The position numbers were made by a program, and so were the translations under genes. A stretch of 64,000 bases of DNA from Dehalococcoidia bacterium (GTDB taxonomy: Bacteria; Chloroflexota; Dehalococcoidia; Lucifugimonadales; VXLM01), in contig OZ251484.1 of assembly GCA_965242665.1 (NCBI GenBank), positions 1,470,249-1,534,248 on the forward strand, read 5' to 3'. Below the pieces are notes generated by a model that was not told the DNA's origin, made no database searches, and was given only the letters and a program-made list of their open reading frames with translations. Below are positions 1 through 8,654 of this stretch, in pieces; position 1 is the first letter of the stretch, and the number at the start of each line of letters is the position of its first letter.

Positions 1-363
1 GAAGTGCGCGGAAAGGCCGCGCTGATCATCGACGAAGAAATCAGCACCGGGGGGACAGTACTCGAAGCATCCAACGTCCTCTTGAAGCATGGAGCGACCG
101 AGGTCTACTGCGGCGCGACGCACGCCGTCTTCGCAGGAGACGCGCACGAGCGCCTCGCCGCCAGCGGAATCAAGGAAATCGTGGTCACCGACACCCTGCC
201 GATCCCCCCGCGGAAACGATTCCCGGGACTCGAGATCATCTCCGTGGCGCCGCTGCTCGGCGAAGCCATCGGACGCATCCACAGCGGCAACTCCATCGGG
301 GCGATGTTCGAGCAAGATTTCGATCTCACCCTCGATCGACAAGTAACGACCGTCGCCGTGTGA
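1..363 (+). CDS. prs: Ribose-phosphate pyrophosphokinase (PRPP synthetase), C-terminal part; the 5' end lies before the window
   Basis: The translation ...ALIIDEEISTGGTVLEASNVLLKHGATEVYCGATHAVFAGDAHERL...VAPLLGEAIGRIHSGNSIGAMF matches the conserved Prs C-terminal PRPP-binding region. The frame is open from base 1. Confidence 0.85.
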   Translation, partial: EVRGKAALIIDEEISTGGTVLEASNVLLKHGATEVYCGATHAVFAGDAHERLAASGIKEIVVTDTLPIPPRKRFPGLEIISVAPLLGEAIGRIHSGNSIGAMFEQDFDLTLDRQVTTVAV

Positions 364-396
364 CACCCGACCGTCCTCGACCGCGCGCCGCCCCGG

Positions 397-1071
397 TCAG
401 TCCTCCACGACCGCATGGAACGCGATCGGACAGACCACGAGGAAGATCGCGTCGAACGCGACGAGGATGGACAGCCATCCGGCGCTGCCGAACGTGCCCT
501 TCCCTGCGATGACCCCGGAGGTGATTTCGACGGCGGCGATGATAACCGGCAACGCCACCGGAAGAAACAACATGGGGAGCATGACTTCCCGCGCGCGGGT
601 ATTGACGGCCATCGACGAGAAGAGTGTCCCCACCGTTACGATGCCCAGAGTGGACGCGAGGGCGGCTGGCGCCAATTCGACGATCTGGAACGAGAAATCG
701 AACAACAGGGTGAAGACAGGCAGAACGAAGACTTCCACGGCCACCATCAACAGGAAGTTGGAGAGGGTCTTGCCAAAGAAGATGACCTCTCGGCTGACCG
801 GAGCGAGCATGAGCGCATGGATGTTTCGGTTTTCCTTCTCGAGGGCGAACGAGCGGTTGAGTCCCAGCGCGCCGCCGAAGACGAAGGCGATCCACAAGAT
901 GCCTGGGGCGACGAGTCCGACGGTCTGCGGCGTCGGATCCATGGCGAAGTTGAAGACTACGATGACGAGCAGAGAGAACGCGAGGACGGCGGCGATGATG
1001 TCCTTCGTCCTCGTCTCGAGGACGATGTCCTTCCAAGCGATCGTGAGAATGGGAGCCAAGTAGCGTTTCAT
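397..1071 (-). CDS. ccmB: Heme exporter protein B / ABC-2 permease (CcmB family)
   Basis: A 224-aa polytopic membrane protein (MKRYLAPILTIAWKDIVLETRTKDII...) resembling CcmB. Its start overlaps the stop of the upstream ABC ATPase by 4 nt (ATGA). Confidence 0.75.
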   Translation of the reverse strand: MKRYLAPILTIAWKDIVLETRTKDIIAAVLAFSLLVIVVFNFAMDPTPQTVGLVAPGILWIAFVFGGALGLNRSFALEKENRNIHALMLAPVSREVIFFGKTLSNFLLMVAVEVFVLPVFTLLFDFSFQIVELAPAALASTLGIVTVGTLFSSMAVNTRAREVMLPMLFLPVALPVIIAAVEITSGVIAGKGTFGSAGWLSILVAFDAIFLVVCPIAFHAVVED

Positions 1072-1802
1072 TTCGTGCTGGCAATGCGCCGCGCGTATAT
1101 CTCGCGCAATGCGTCGGCGTCATGTTCGTCGGAGACCGTCTGACGGTAGACGAGGCGACCCTTGGCCAGAATGGCGATTTGGTCCGCCAGATGCAGGGCG
1201 CGCTCGATGTCGTGAGTCGTCATGACGACCGTCCGGTTTGGACGAGACTCGTCGTCCACGGCGCGCTCGAACGCGGCGATGGCCTGCTGGTCGAGTCCGC
1301 TCTCTGGCTCGTCCATCAAGAGAATCGGGGGGTCGTGGAGGAGGGCGCGGGCGAGAGAGATGCGCTTCTTCCAACCGTGGGAGAGTGTGGCGACGCGGTG
1401 GTCGAGGCGCGCGGAAACGTCGATGCGGTCGGATACGGCGCGGATACGGTCGTCCGCGTCTTCGATATCGAACATTCGCGCGGAGAAACGCAGATTTTCG
1501 CGCCCGGTAAGCTCGTCGTACAGGAGCGGATCATGCGTCACCACTCCGACGAATCTCCTGGCCAACGTCCCATGGCGCGCGAGGTCGAGCCCGGCGATGC
1601 GAGCCGAGCCGGAATCCGGCTTCGATATGGACGCAAGTATCTTGATGAGGGTCGTCTTGCCCGATCCGTTCGGGCCGAGCACGACGAGGGTGCGGCCTCG
1701 ATCCAGGGTGAGGTCGACGTTGTCGAGTGCGGTCGCGCGGCCGTATGCCTTGCTCACGCGCGCAAGCTCGACAGCGGGCCCATGGAAAGCGGCGCTAGTC
1801 AT
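1068..1802 (-). CDS. ccmA: ABC transporter ATP-binding protein (heme exporter CcmA-like)
   Basis: Walker A GPNGSGKTT, ABC signature LSHGWKKRISLARAL and Walker B LLLMDEP are all present. It is translationally coupled to ccmB. Confidence 0.8.
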   Translation of the reverse strand: MTSAAFHGPAVELARVSKAYGRATALDNVDLTLDRGRTLVVLGPNGSGKTTLIKILASISKPDSGSARIAGLDLARHGTLARRFVGVVTHDPLLYDELTGRENLRFSARMFDIEDADDRIRAVSDRIDVSARLDHRVATLSHGWKKRISLARALLHDPPILLMDEPESGLDQQAIAAFERAVDDESRPNRTVVMTTHDIERALHLADQIAILAKGRLVYRQTVSDEHDADALREIYARRIASTK

Positions 1803-1987
1803 CGGCGTCGAGGGCGCAAGCGCGACAGCGGCGCAGCTCTCTCCACGCGCCGGCGACGAGACGCAGCGCCGAGCACACGCCAGAAGCCCAGGACGCCGTA
1901 TGACCCTCCATGCGGGAAAATGCCGCCGTGCGGGTCACGCGCCGCCTTTGGGCCTGTAGAGTTGCAGCCACTGGGGGTTCGGACGTC

Positions 1988-4621
1988 CTATCGTCTCTTG
2001 GCAGCCTTCTTTTCCATGCGTTTGCGTGCGCGGCGCTCCGCGCGGGACATCTGCCCCCCGTTGGATTCCGCGTCCGCGGTCGCAGGCGATGGCTGCGGCG
2101 GCGCAGAACGAGCGACGGCGGAGCGCGAGCCTCTCCGCCTTGCGGACGGACGGTCGTCACGCGGCTCTGTGCTCCGCACCTGGTAGATCATCCGGGCCAC
2201 GTCGGATTGAATGCGCTCCAACAGGGTTTGGAACTGCTCGTATCCCCGTGTCTTGTACATGACGAGGGGATCACGCTGTCCGTAGGAGTAGAGGCCGATA
2301 CCTTGGCGCAAGTTCTCCATGCTGGTCAGGTGCTGCACCCAGTGGGAGTCGATCACGCGCAGCATGATGGCGCGCTCGATATGCCGCATCACGTCCGAAG
2401 AGAACGCTTCTTCCATCTCGGAGTAACGCCGTTTCGCGAGCGCGTGCGTATCGTCGTATATCGCGTCGACCGACATGTCGATCAGTTCGTCCGGGTCGGC
2501 CAGCTTCTCATCGAGAGGAAGTATCTTCCGAAGTTCATCTACCAGTCCATCCACATCCCAGTCATCAGGACGCACGCCCTGAAGGAAGCCGTCGAGTACC
2601 GCAGTAAGCTCCTTCTCCACCATCTCCTCGACATTGCCTCGGATGTCCGAGCCGGAGAGGACCTTGTCGCGCTGCTCGTAGATGACCTGCCGGTGGGTAT
2701 TGACGACGTCGTCGTACTCGACGAGGTGCTTGCGGATGTCGAAATGATGCGACTCGACTTTGACTTGGGCACCCTGAATGGATTTGGTCACCATCTTGTT
2801 CTCTAGGGGGGCGTCATCTTCCAGTCCGGCCCAACCCATGATCGTCTGGATGCGTTCTCCGGCGAAACGCCGCATGAGGTCGTCATCCAGGGCGACGTAG
2901 AAGCGGGACTCGCCTGGGTCGCCTTGGCGTCCGGAGCGCCCGCGCAACTGGTTGTCGATCCGCCGCGCCTCGTGCTTTTCGGATCCGAGGATGAATAGCC
3001 CTCCGAGTTCGATAATCTCTTGATGATCGCGCTCCCACTGTTCTGGGGGGAGTTCGTCGAGGAACTCGGGGTTTCCTCCGAGCACGATGTCGGTTCCCCG
3101 TCCTGCCATATTGGTGGCGACCGTGACCGCGCCCGGCCTTCCCGCCTGGGCGATGACGAGCGCCTCGCGCTCGTGCTGCTTGGCGTTCAATACCTCATGC
3201 TTGATCTTCCGACGAGAGAGCATCTTGCTGATGATCTCCGACTTGGAGATGTCCGTAGTGCCGACGAGGATGGGTTGTCCGCGCGTGTGACGAGCCTCGA
3301 TCTCGTCGCCAATTGCCTTGTACTTGGCCTTCTGGTCCTTGTAGATCAGATCCGGCTGGTCTGCTCGGACCATGGGGAGGTTGGTCGGCACCTCCACGAC
3401 GTCTAGCTTGTATATCTTCCAAAACTCTTCGGCTTCGGTGACGGCGGTGCCCGTCATGCCCGCCAACTTGTCGTACAAGCGGAAGTAGTTTTGCAGAGTG
3501 ATGGTCGCATAGGTTATCGACTCGCGCTGGATGGGTACGCTCTCTTTGGCTTCGATGGCCTGATGCAAGCCGTCGGAGAAGCGGCGGCCTGGAGTCAACC
3601 GGCCGGTGAACTCATCGACGATGACGACTTCACGGTCCTTGACGACGTACTCGCGGTCTCTCTGGAAGATGGCGTGCGCCTTCAATGCGTTTTCCGCGAA
3701 ATGGACGAGCCGGAAATTCTCCGGGGCGTACATATTCTTGACGCGGAGCATCCGCTCCAGCTTGGTCATGCCCTCGGACGTGAGGGATGCGGAGCGCAGC
3801 TTTTCGTCGATGGTGTAGTCGATGTCCGCTTTGAGGGTTGCGACGAACCGCGCGAATTTCACGTAGTCCTTGGCGGACTCCTCGGCCGGGCCGCTGATGA
3901 TGAGCGGAGTTCTGGCCTCGTCGATCAGGATGTTGTCGACTTCGTCGACTATCGCGTAGTTTCGGTCGCGCTGGACGCGCTGAGAAATATCCACCGCCAT
4001 GGCGTCCCGCAAGTAGTCGAACCCAAACTCGCTGTTCGTTCCATAGGTAATGTCCGCCAAGTACGCATCTTGGCGCTCGATTGGACGAAGGTTCTCAAAA
4101 CCCCTCTTTGGATTTTCTACCGTCGGATCGTACAGGTACGCCGATTGGTGCTGGAGGGTGGCGACCGAGGCTCCAAGGGCATGGTACACTCCCCCCATCC
4201 ATTGGGCGTCCCGCTTGGCCAAGTAGTCGTTTACGGTGACGACGTGGACGCCCTTGCCGGTAAGCGCGTTGAGATAGGTCGGGAGAGTTGCCACGAGAGT
4301 CTTGCCTTCTCCCGTCTTCATCTCGGCGATCTTGCCTTGGTGGAGCACGATGCCGCCAATGAGTTGGACGTCGAAGTGACGCATGCCGAGGGTGCGCTTG
4401 GCCGCCTCGCGGACTGCTGCAAACGCCTCCGTCCGGATATCCTCTAGATCGCCGCCGTCCGCGAGAAAGGCCTTGAACTCGTCCGTCTTGGCGCGCAACC
4501 CATCGTCGGACAAGCCCTCGAATTCCGGCTCCAAAGCGTTGATGTCGTCGACATCCGGACGCAGGCGCTTGACGGCTTTGTCGTCTCCTCCGGTGATGAG
4601 CTTCGTCATGGTCTTTAGCAT
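1988..4621 (-). CDS. secA: Preprotein translocase ATPase SecA
   Basis: About 880 aa. The N-terminus MLKTMTKLITGGDDKAVKRLRPDVDDINALEPEFEGLSDD...AFAAVREAAKRTLGMRHFDVQLIGG...EMKTGEGKTL aligns with E. coli SecA from residue 1. The ORF-track start at 4669 is probably a 16-codon upstream extension. Confidence 0.95.
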   Translation of the reverse strand: MLKTMTKLITGGDDKAVKRLRPDVDDINALEPEFEGLSDDGLRAKTDEFKAFLADGGDLEDIRTEAFAAVREAAKRTLGMRHFDVQLIGGIVLHQGKIAEMKTGEGKTLVATLPTYLNALTGKGVHVVTVNDYLAKRDAQWMGGVYHALGASVATLQHQSAYLYDPTVENPKRGFENLRPIERQDAYLADITYGTNSEFGFDYLRDAMAVDISQRVQRDRNYAIVDEVDNILIDEARTPLIISGPAEESAKDYVKFARFVATLKADIDYTIDEKLRSASLTSEGMTKLERMLRVKNMYAPENFRLVHFAENALKAHAIFQRDREYVVKDREVVIVDEFTGRLTPGRRFSDGLHQAIEAKESVPIQRESITYATITLQNYFRLYDKLAGMTGTAVTEAEEFWKIYKLDVVEVPTNLPMVRADQPDLIYKDQKAKYKAIGDEIEARHTRGQPILVGTTDISKSEIISKMLSRRKIKHEVLNAKQHEREALVIAQAGRPGAVTVATNMAGRGTDIVLGGNPEFLDELPPEQWERDHQEIIELGGLFILGSEKHEARRIDNQLRGRSGRQGDPGESRFYVALDDDLMRRFAGERIQTIMGWAGLEDDAPLENKMVTKSIQGAQVKVESHHFDIRKHLVEYDDVVNTHRQVIYEQRDKVLSGSDIRGNVEEMVEKELTAVLDGFLQGVRPDDWDVDGLVDELRKILPLDEKLADPDELIDMSVDAIYDDTHALAKRRYSEMEEAFSSDVMRHIERAIMLRVIDSHWVQHLTSMENLRQGIGLYSYGQRDPLVMYKTRGYEQFQTLLERIQSDVARMIYQVRSTEPRDDRPSARRRGSRSAVARSAPPQPSPATADAESNGGQMSRAERRARKRMEKKAAKRR

Positions 4622-4843
4622 TTCGTCTTCCCTCGACAGTACCCGCTCGACGAGGCGCAGCGCCGGCAACCCCGTGCAAGCGCTCCCCGTCCACTCGATA
4701 CGAATCTCCCTCTTCTATCATACAACGAATCCCGCACGCGCGCAGGGGGTTCGATTGGGCGCCCGTGTTCTCGACTAGCCTCTTGCGCCAGGATTCTGCT
4801 ACAATTCGCATCGATTCCAATTCTCACACAGCGGAGGGAACTC

Positions 4844-5134
4844 GTGTCGCTCACTTCCGACGAAGTACGGCTTATCGCACTGTTGGCGAGAGTCGGCATG
4901 ACCGAAGAAGAGATCGAACTCATGCGGGAGCAGCTCTCGGACATCCTGTCGCACTTTCGCGTGCTTCAGCAAATCGATACCGACGGCGTCGAGCCAACGG
5001 CCTACTCCGTCGAAACGAATTCCGTCATGCGGGACGACGAACCGCGGCCGGGCCTGCCCGCCGAAGACGCCCTGGCGAACGCGCCGCGCCGCGAAGGCGA
5101 CTACGTTCGCGTCCGCCCTGTGCTCGACAACTAG
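4844..5134 (+). CDS. gatC: Asp-tRNA(Asn)/Glu-tRNA(Gln) amidotransferase subunit C
   Basis: A 96-aa protein (MSLTSDEVRLIALLARVGMTEEEIELMREQLSDILSHFRVLQQIDTDGVEPTA) lying immediately upstream of gatA. Confidence 0.9.
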   Translation: MSLTSDEVRLIALLARVGMTEEEIELMREQLSDILSHFRVLQQIDTDGVEPTAYSVETNSVMRDDEPRPGLPAEDALANAPRREGDYVRVRPVLDN

Positions 5135-5137
5135 ACC

Positions 5138-6709
5138 ATGCCATCCATCGAAGTCGAAGCGATGACCGTCCAAAGGGCCAGGCAACTGCTCGATACTGGA
5201 GAAGTCTCCGCGGTCGAGTTGGCAGAAGCATTTCTGGACCGCATCGACGCGATCGACCCCGCGTTGAAGGCGTTCGTCACCGTTACGCCCGAGCGTGCGA
5301 GAGCGCAGGCGCGCAAAGCGGACGAACGCATTGCGGCAGGAGATGCCCACGCACTGACCGGCATCCCAATGCAGTTGAAGGACAACATGGCCACCAAGGG
5401 GGTGCGGACGACGTGCTCCTCGCGGATGCTGGCAGACTTCGTGCCTCCATACGATGCCGCCGTCACGCGCAAGCTGTACGACCAAGGCGCAGTTCTGCTC
5501 GGAAAGGGCAATCTCGACGAGTTCGCAATGGGATCGTCGACGGAGAACTCCGCCTTCTTCCCAACCCGCAACCCGTGGGACACCGCGCGCGTGCCCGGGG
5601 GAAGCAGCGGGGGGCCGGCCGCCGCAGTCGCAGCGGGAGAGTGCGTATACGCCCTGGGCTCCGATACGGGGGGCAGCATCCGCCAACCCGCCTCGTTTTG
5701 CGGCGTCGTCGGCCTGAAGCCAACCTACGGACTCGTGAGCCGATACGGACTGGTCGCCTTCGCCAGCTCCCTCGACCAGATCGGCCCCATCACCAAGAAC
5801 GTCAGCGACGCAGCCATCGTCCTCAACGCCATCGCAGGACACGACCCGCGCGATGCGACGTCGATCGACTCTCCCCCGCACGACTATACTCGATCTCTGA
5901 CCGGAAGCATCGATGGACTCCGGATCGGCATTCCAAAGGAGTACTTCGTCGCCGGGGTGGATCCCGGAGTGGATGCGGCGGTACGGACGGCGGTCGAGAT
6001 GATGGAAAGCTTGGGGGCAATCGTCTCGGAGACATCGCTGCCCAGCACGCCCTACGCAATGGCGGTCTATTACATCGTCGCGCCGTCGGAGGCATCGGCG
6101 AATCTGGCGCGGTACGACGGAGTGAAGTACGGCTACTCGGTGGATTCCCGCCTTCGCGGGAATGACGTGGGAGGGTGCGGGAACGACTGGGGGGCTGGAG
6201 GGAATGACGCGGCGGCTGGCGGGAGCAAGGCGGGGGCTGGAGGGAATGACGTAGCCGGGATGACCACATGGGACGCGCTGGAGAAGACTAGGCAGGATGG
6301 ATTTGGGGCGGAGGTCAAGCGGCGCATCATGCTTGGAACCTATGCGCTCTCGGCCGGATACTACGACGCATGGTACAAGAAGGCGCTTCAGGTGCGTACT
6401 CTCATTCGACGCGAGTTCAATGCTGCATTCGAGGATTTCGACGTGCTGGTATCTCCCACATCTCCAACGACCGCATTCCCATTTGGAGAAAAGACGGAAG
6501 ACCCCTACACGATGTACTTGAACGACGTGTTTACGCAGCCCGCCAATATCGCAGGAATACCCGCCATATCCGTACCAGCGGGAATGTGCGGCGGACTCCC
6601 AGTGGGGCTCCAGTTCATGGCCTCGCACTTCCAGGAAGCCCAGCTCCTCCGGGCAGCCTACGCCTACGAGCAAGCAACGGAGTGGCACACGCTTCGGCCA
6701 GAACTCTAG
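5138..6709 (+). CDS. gatA: Glutamyl-tRNA(Gln) amidotransferase subunit A, carrying an in-frame ~38-aa insertion derived from the repeat element
   Basis: Amidase-signature family with GGSSGG and a TDTGGSIRQP-type motif. The C-terminal region ...GFGAEVKRRIMLGTYALSAGYYDAWYKKALQVRTLI... is canonical GatA. The extra segment [38 protein letters not shown] at nt ~6143-6265 is encoded by the palindromic repeat. Confidence 0.9.
   Translation: MPSIEVEAMTVQRARQLLDTGEVSAVELAEAFLDRIDAIDPALKAFVTVTPERARAQARKADERIAAGDAHALTGIPMQLKDNMATKGVRTTCSSRMLADFVPPYDAAVTRKLYDQGAVLLGKGNLDEFAMGSSTENSAFFPTRNPWDTARVPGGSSGGPAAAVAAGECVYALGSDTGGSIRQPASFCGVVGLKPTYGLVSRYGLVAFASSLDQIGPITKNVSDAAIVLNAIAGHDPRDATSIDSPPHDYTRSLTGSIDGLRIGIPKEYFVAGVDPGVDAAVRTAVEMMESLGAIVSETSLPSTPYAMAVYYIVAPSEASANLARYDGVKYGYSVDSRLRGNDVGGCGNDWGAGGNDAAAGGSKAGAGGNDVAGMTTWDALEKTRQDGFGAEVKRRIMLGTYALSAGYYDAWYKKALQVRTLIRREFNAAFEDFDVLVSPTSPTTAFPFGEKTEDPYTMYLNDVFTQPANIAGIPAISVPAGMCGGLPVGLQFMASHFQEAQLLRAAYAYEQATEWHTLRPEL
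6143..6265 (-). repeat. ATTCCCGC-GAAG-GCGGGAAT palindrome-containing repeat element (reverse orientation) inserted in-frame within gatA
   Basis: The DNA reads ggattcccgccttcgcgggaatgacg...ggagggaatgacg.... The same element recurs at 12 or more intergenic loci. Here it adds ~38 codons with no stop codon. Confidence 0.85.
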
Positions 6710-6749
6710 CCGCCCGCATCCACCTGCCGCAGCGGAAATCTGCCCGCCG

Positions 6750-6846
6750 TGTCATTCCCACACCATCCCATCATTCCCACACCCCTCACGCCATTCCCAT
6801 ACCTCTCCCGTCGTTCCCGCAACCCTTCCGTCATTCCCGCGAAGGC
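6750..6846 (+). repeat. Repeat-element array (tandem cattcccaca-type units plus a terminal gtcattcccgcgaaggcgggaatct palindrome)
   Basis: Read directly from the sequence in the intergenic region downstream of gatA. Confidence 0.85.
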
Positions 6847-6926
6847 GGGAATCTGGCGCCCCCGCGTCCGACGACCCCTCACTCCCGCGCGCCCGGGGCG
6901 AACAACAGCGCCCCCATGAGCCCGCG

Positions 6927-8654
6927 TCACTCCCGCGCGTCTGGGGCGAACTCCACCTCCCAAATGCGGTCGGTGCCGTCGAACTGCCCGGTGACGATCC
7001 GCGCGATGCCGTACTGTGGAAGACCGACCCCGGCCAGACACTTGCCGTCGAACAGCACGCCGCGCACGTCGAAGTCAAAGTCGAGGTTGTCGAACCCATG
7101 CTCCCTACGGCGACTGTCCGGAAGATCGTCGAGAGCCTCGGGAAAGACGTGCAGGAAGAAGGGCACATCAGTATCGGCGCCGCCGCACGGCTCCTTGACG
7201 TAGTACAAATTGCCCCCATCGAGGTACACGTCGAACTCCGAGCGCGCAACGGGTTCGTTGGAAGTGATCGATTGGTACTCGGAGATGAGTTTGGGCCCTT
7301 GCACGACATGCGCTATACTCCAAACCTCCGCCCAATCGAGTCGGACTCGACCTGTGCGAATCCCTGCGATGTCGTACTGCGGGAGATCGACGCTGGCCAG
7401 ACATCTGCCGTCGAATAGCAAGCCGCGGTTGCCGACAGCGAAGTCGAATCTGTCGAACTTATGCTCCCTGCGGCGAATGTCCGGAAGATCGTCGAGGGCC
7501 TCGGGAAAGACGTGCAGGAAGAAGCGCGCATCGAGATCCGATCTGTTGCACGGCTCCTTGAGGAAGTACACCGTGCCGTCAATGAGATACACGTCGAAAT
7601 CCTTCTGAGCCAAGGGCTCGATGGACGTGACCGACCTATACGTGGATCGATGCCATGCCGTCAAGCCGGCCATGTCGTAGAGGAACAATTGCCGGTTCTG
7701 TGGAGTGAGGAGTGCGTCCGTGGCGAATCGTCGGCGAGCGACGAGGAATTTGTGACCCGCAGTAGAAGGGTATCCAAAATCTATGAAGGCCAAGTTTAGA
7801 TAGTACGACACTGCGTGCAGAGGCAGCAGTTCTCGGATGCCGCCGCGATCGGTGACGATGACCGTCCCTCCCGCAGTCGCCTCGCGCATGGCAAGCGCGT
7901 CCCGCTCCGCCGCCTTCGCTGCCTTCGCCGCTCTCTCCTCCGCGTAGTACCCAGCGAAGCCTCTCATCTGGAAGCTGGAGACTGCAAAGAGCGCGGCTGC
8001 GGCCACGGCAACGGCCGCGATGACGCCGTCCCGACCGGCCAGCCTCCTCGCCAACAGCAGGACGATGGTGAAGAAGACCAACGGGAGGCCGATATAGTAG
8101 ATACTCTCGAAGTCATTGAGTGCGGTATTGTGGCGCATTGGCAGCGCCCAGAAGAAGCCGAACGATGCCAGGGTAACGAACAGGATTCTCAGACGAACGA
8201 ACAGAGAGCCGATCAGACACGCCGCAGACAGAACGACGCCGAGTACGACGACCCTGTCTTTCGGCAGCCACGCAGGACCTTGAGCCGTATTGCCCTCCCC
8301 AAGCAAGGCGTAGGGAATGAACATTCGGACGATGTCTCGGAACTGCCCTTCCAGGAAAGAACTCCAGCCTATGTGATCGGCACTTCCGATCCCGCCAGAC
8401 CCGGTGCGCTTCAGCATAGACTTGAAGGACGGCAATTCCGTCAGCGGCGTTTCCCCGCCTAATGCGGCGTACTCCATCGTGAAGTTGAAGGTGAGGATGG
8501 ACAGGCCAAACCCCAGCACAACTGCGCCCAGCAGCAGGTAGCGGCTGCGAAGCAGCGCGGAGGCCGCGCGTTTTACTTGACATAATACGGGGGGGGGGGG
8601 GGGGGGGGGTAGAAGTTGCGGAGGCAGAACGCGCCCGCAACAGGTCGCGCGCAA
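6927..8654 (-). CDS. Large membrane protein, C-terminal portion (TM segments followed by two tandem ~110-aa extracytoplasmic repeat domains). Probably the same gene as 8113..9303, interrupted at the poly-G tract.
   Basis: This ORF begins with a poly-Pro stretch translated from the homopolymer. Hydrophobic helices follow (LLLGAVVLGFGLSILTF...). The segment FDVYLIDGTVYFLKEPC...FFLHVFPEALDDLPD...RRREH... is then duplicated in tandem (nt ~7000-7300 and ~7340-7640). Confidence 0.55.
   Translation of the reverse strand: MRATCCGRVLPPQLLPPPPPPPVLCQVKRAASALLRSRYLLLGAVVLGFGLSILTFNFTMEYAALGGETPLTELPSFKSMLKRTGSGGIGSADHIGWSSFLEGQFRDIVRMFIPYALLGEGNTAQGPAWLPKDRVVVLGVVLSAACLIGSLFVRLRILFVTLASFGFFWALPMRHNTALNDFESIYYIGLPLVFFTIVLLLARRLAGRDGVIAAVAVAAAALFAVSSFQMRGFAGYYAEERAAKAAKAAERDALAMREATAGGTVIVTDRGGIRELLPLHAVSYYLNLAFIDFGYPSTAGHKFLVARRRFATDALLTPQNRQLFLYDMAGLTAWHRSTYRSVTSIEPLAQKDFDVYLIDGTVYFLKEPCNRSDLDARFFLHVFPEALDDLPDIRRREHKFDRFDFAVGNRGLLFDGRCLASVDLPQYDIAGIRTGRVRLDWAEVWSIAHVVQGPKLISEYQSITSNEPVARSEFDVYLDGGNLYYVKEPCGGADTDVPFFLHVFPEALDDLPDSRRREHGFDNLDFDFDVRGVLFDGKCLAGVGLPQYGIARIVTGQFDGTDRIWEVEFAPDARE

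Noticed and set aside
4799-6688. A 629-aa ORF antisense to gatA. Other very long ORFs in this class include 326..1123, 1122..2186, 15585..17393, 27709..30072, 46455..47507 and 51174..53783.
   Set aside because: They overlap genes with unambiguous homology (GatA, CcmB/CcmA, DapA-like, aminotransferase, FtsX permeases). Their translations are Arg/Pro/His-rich low-complexity sequence, which is typical of out-of-frame or antisense ORFs in high-GC DNA. They have no ribosome-binding sites.
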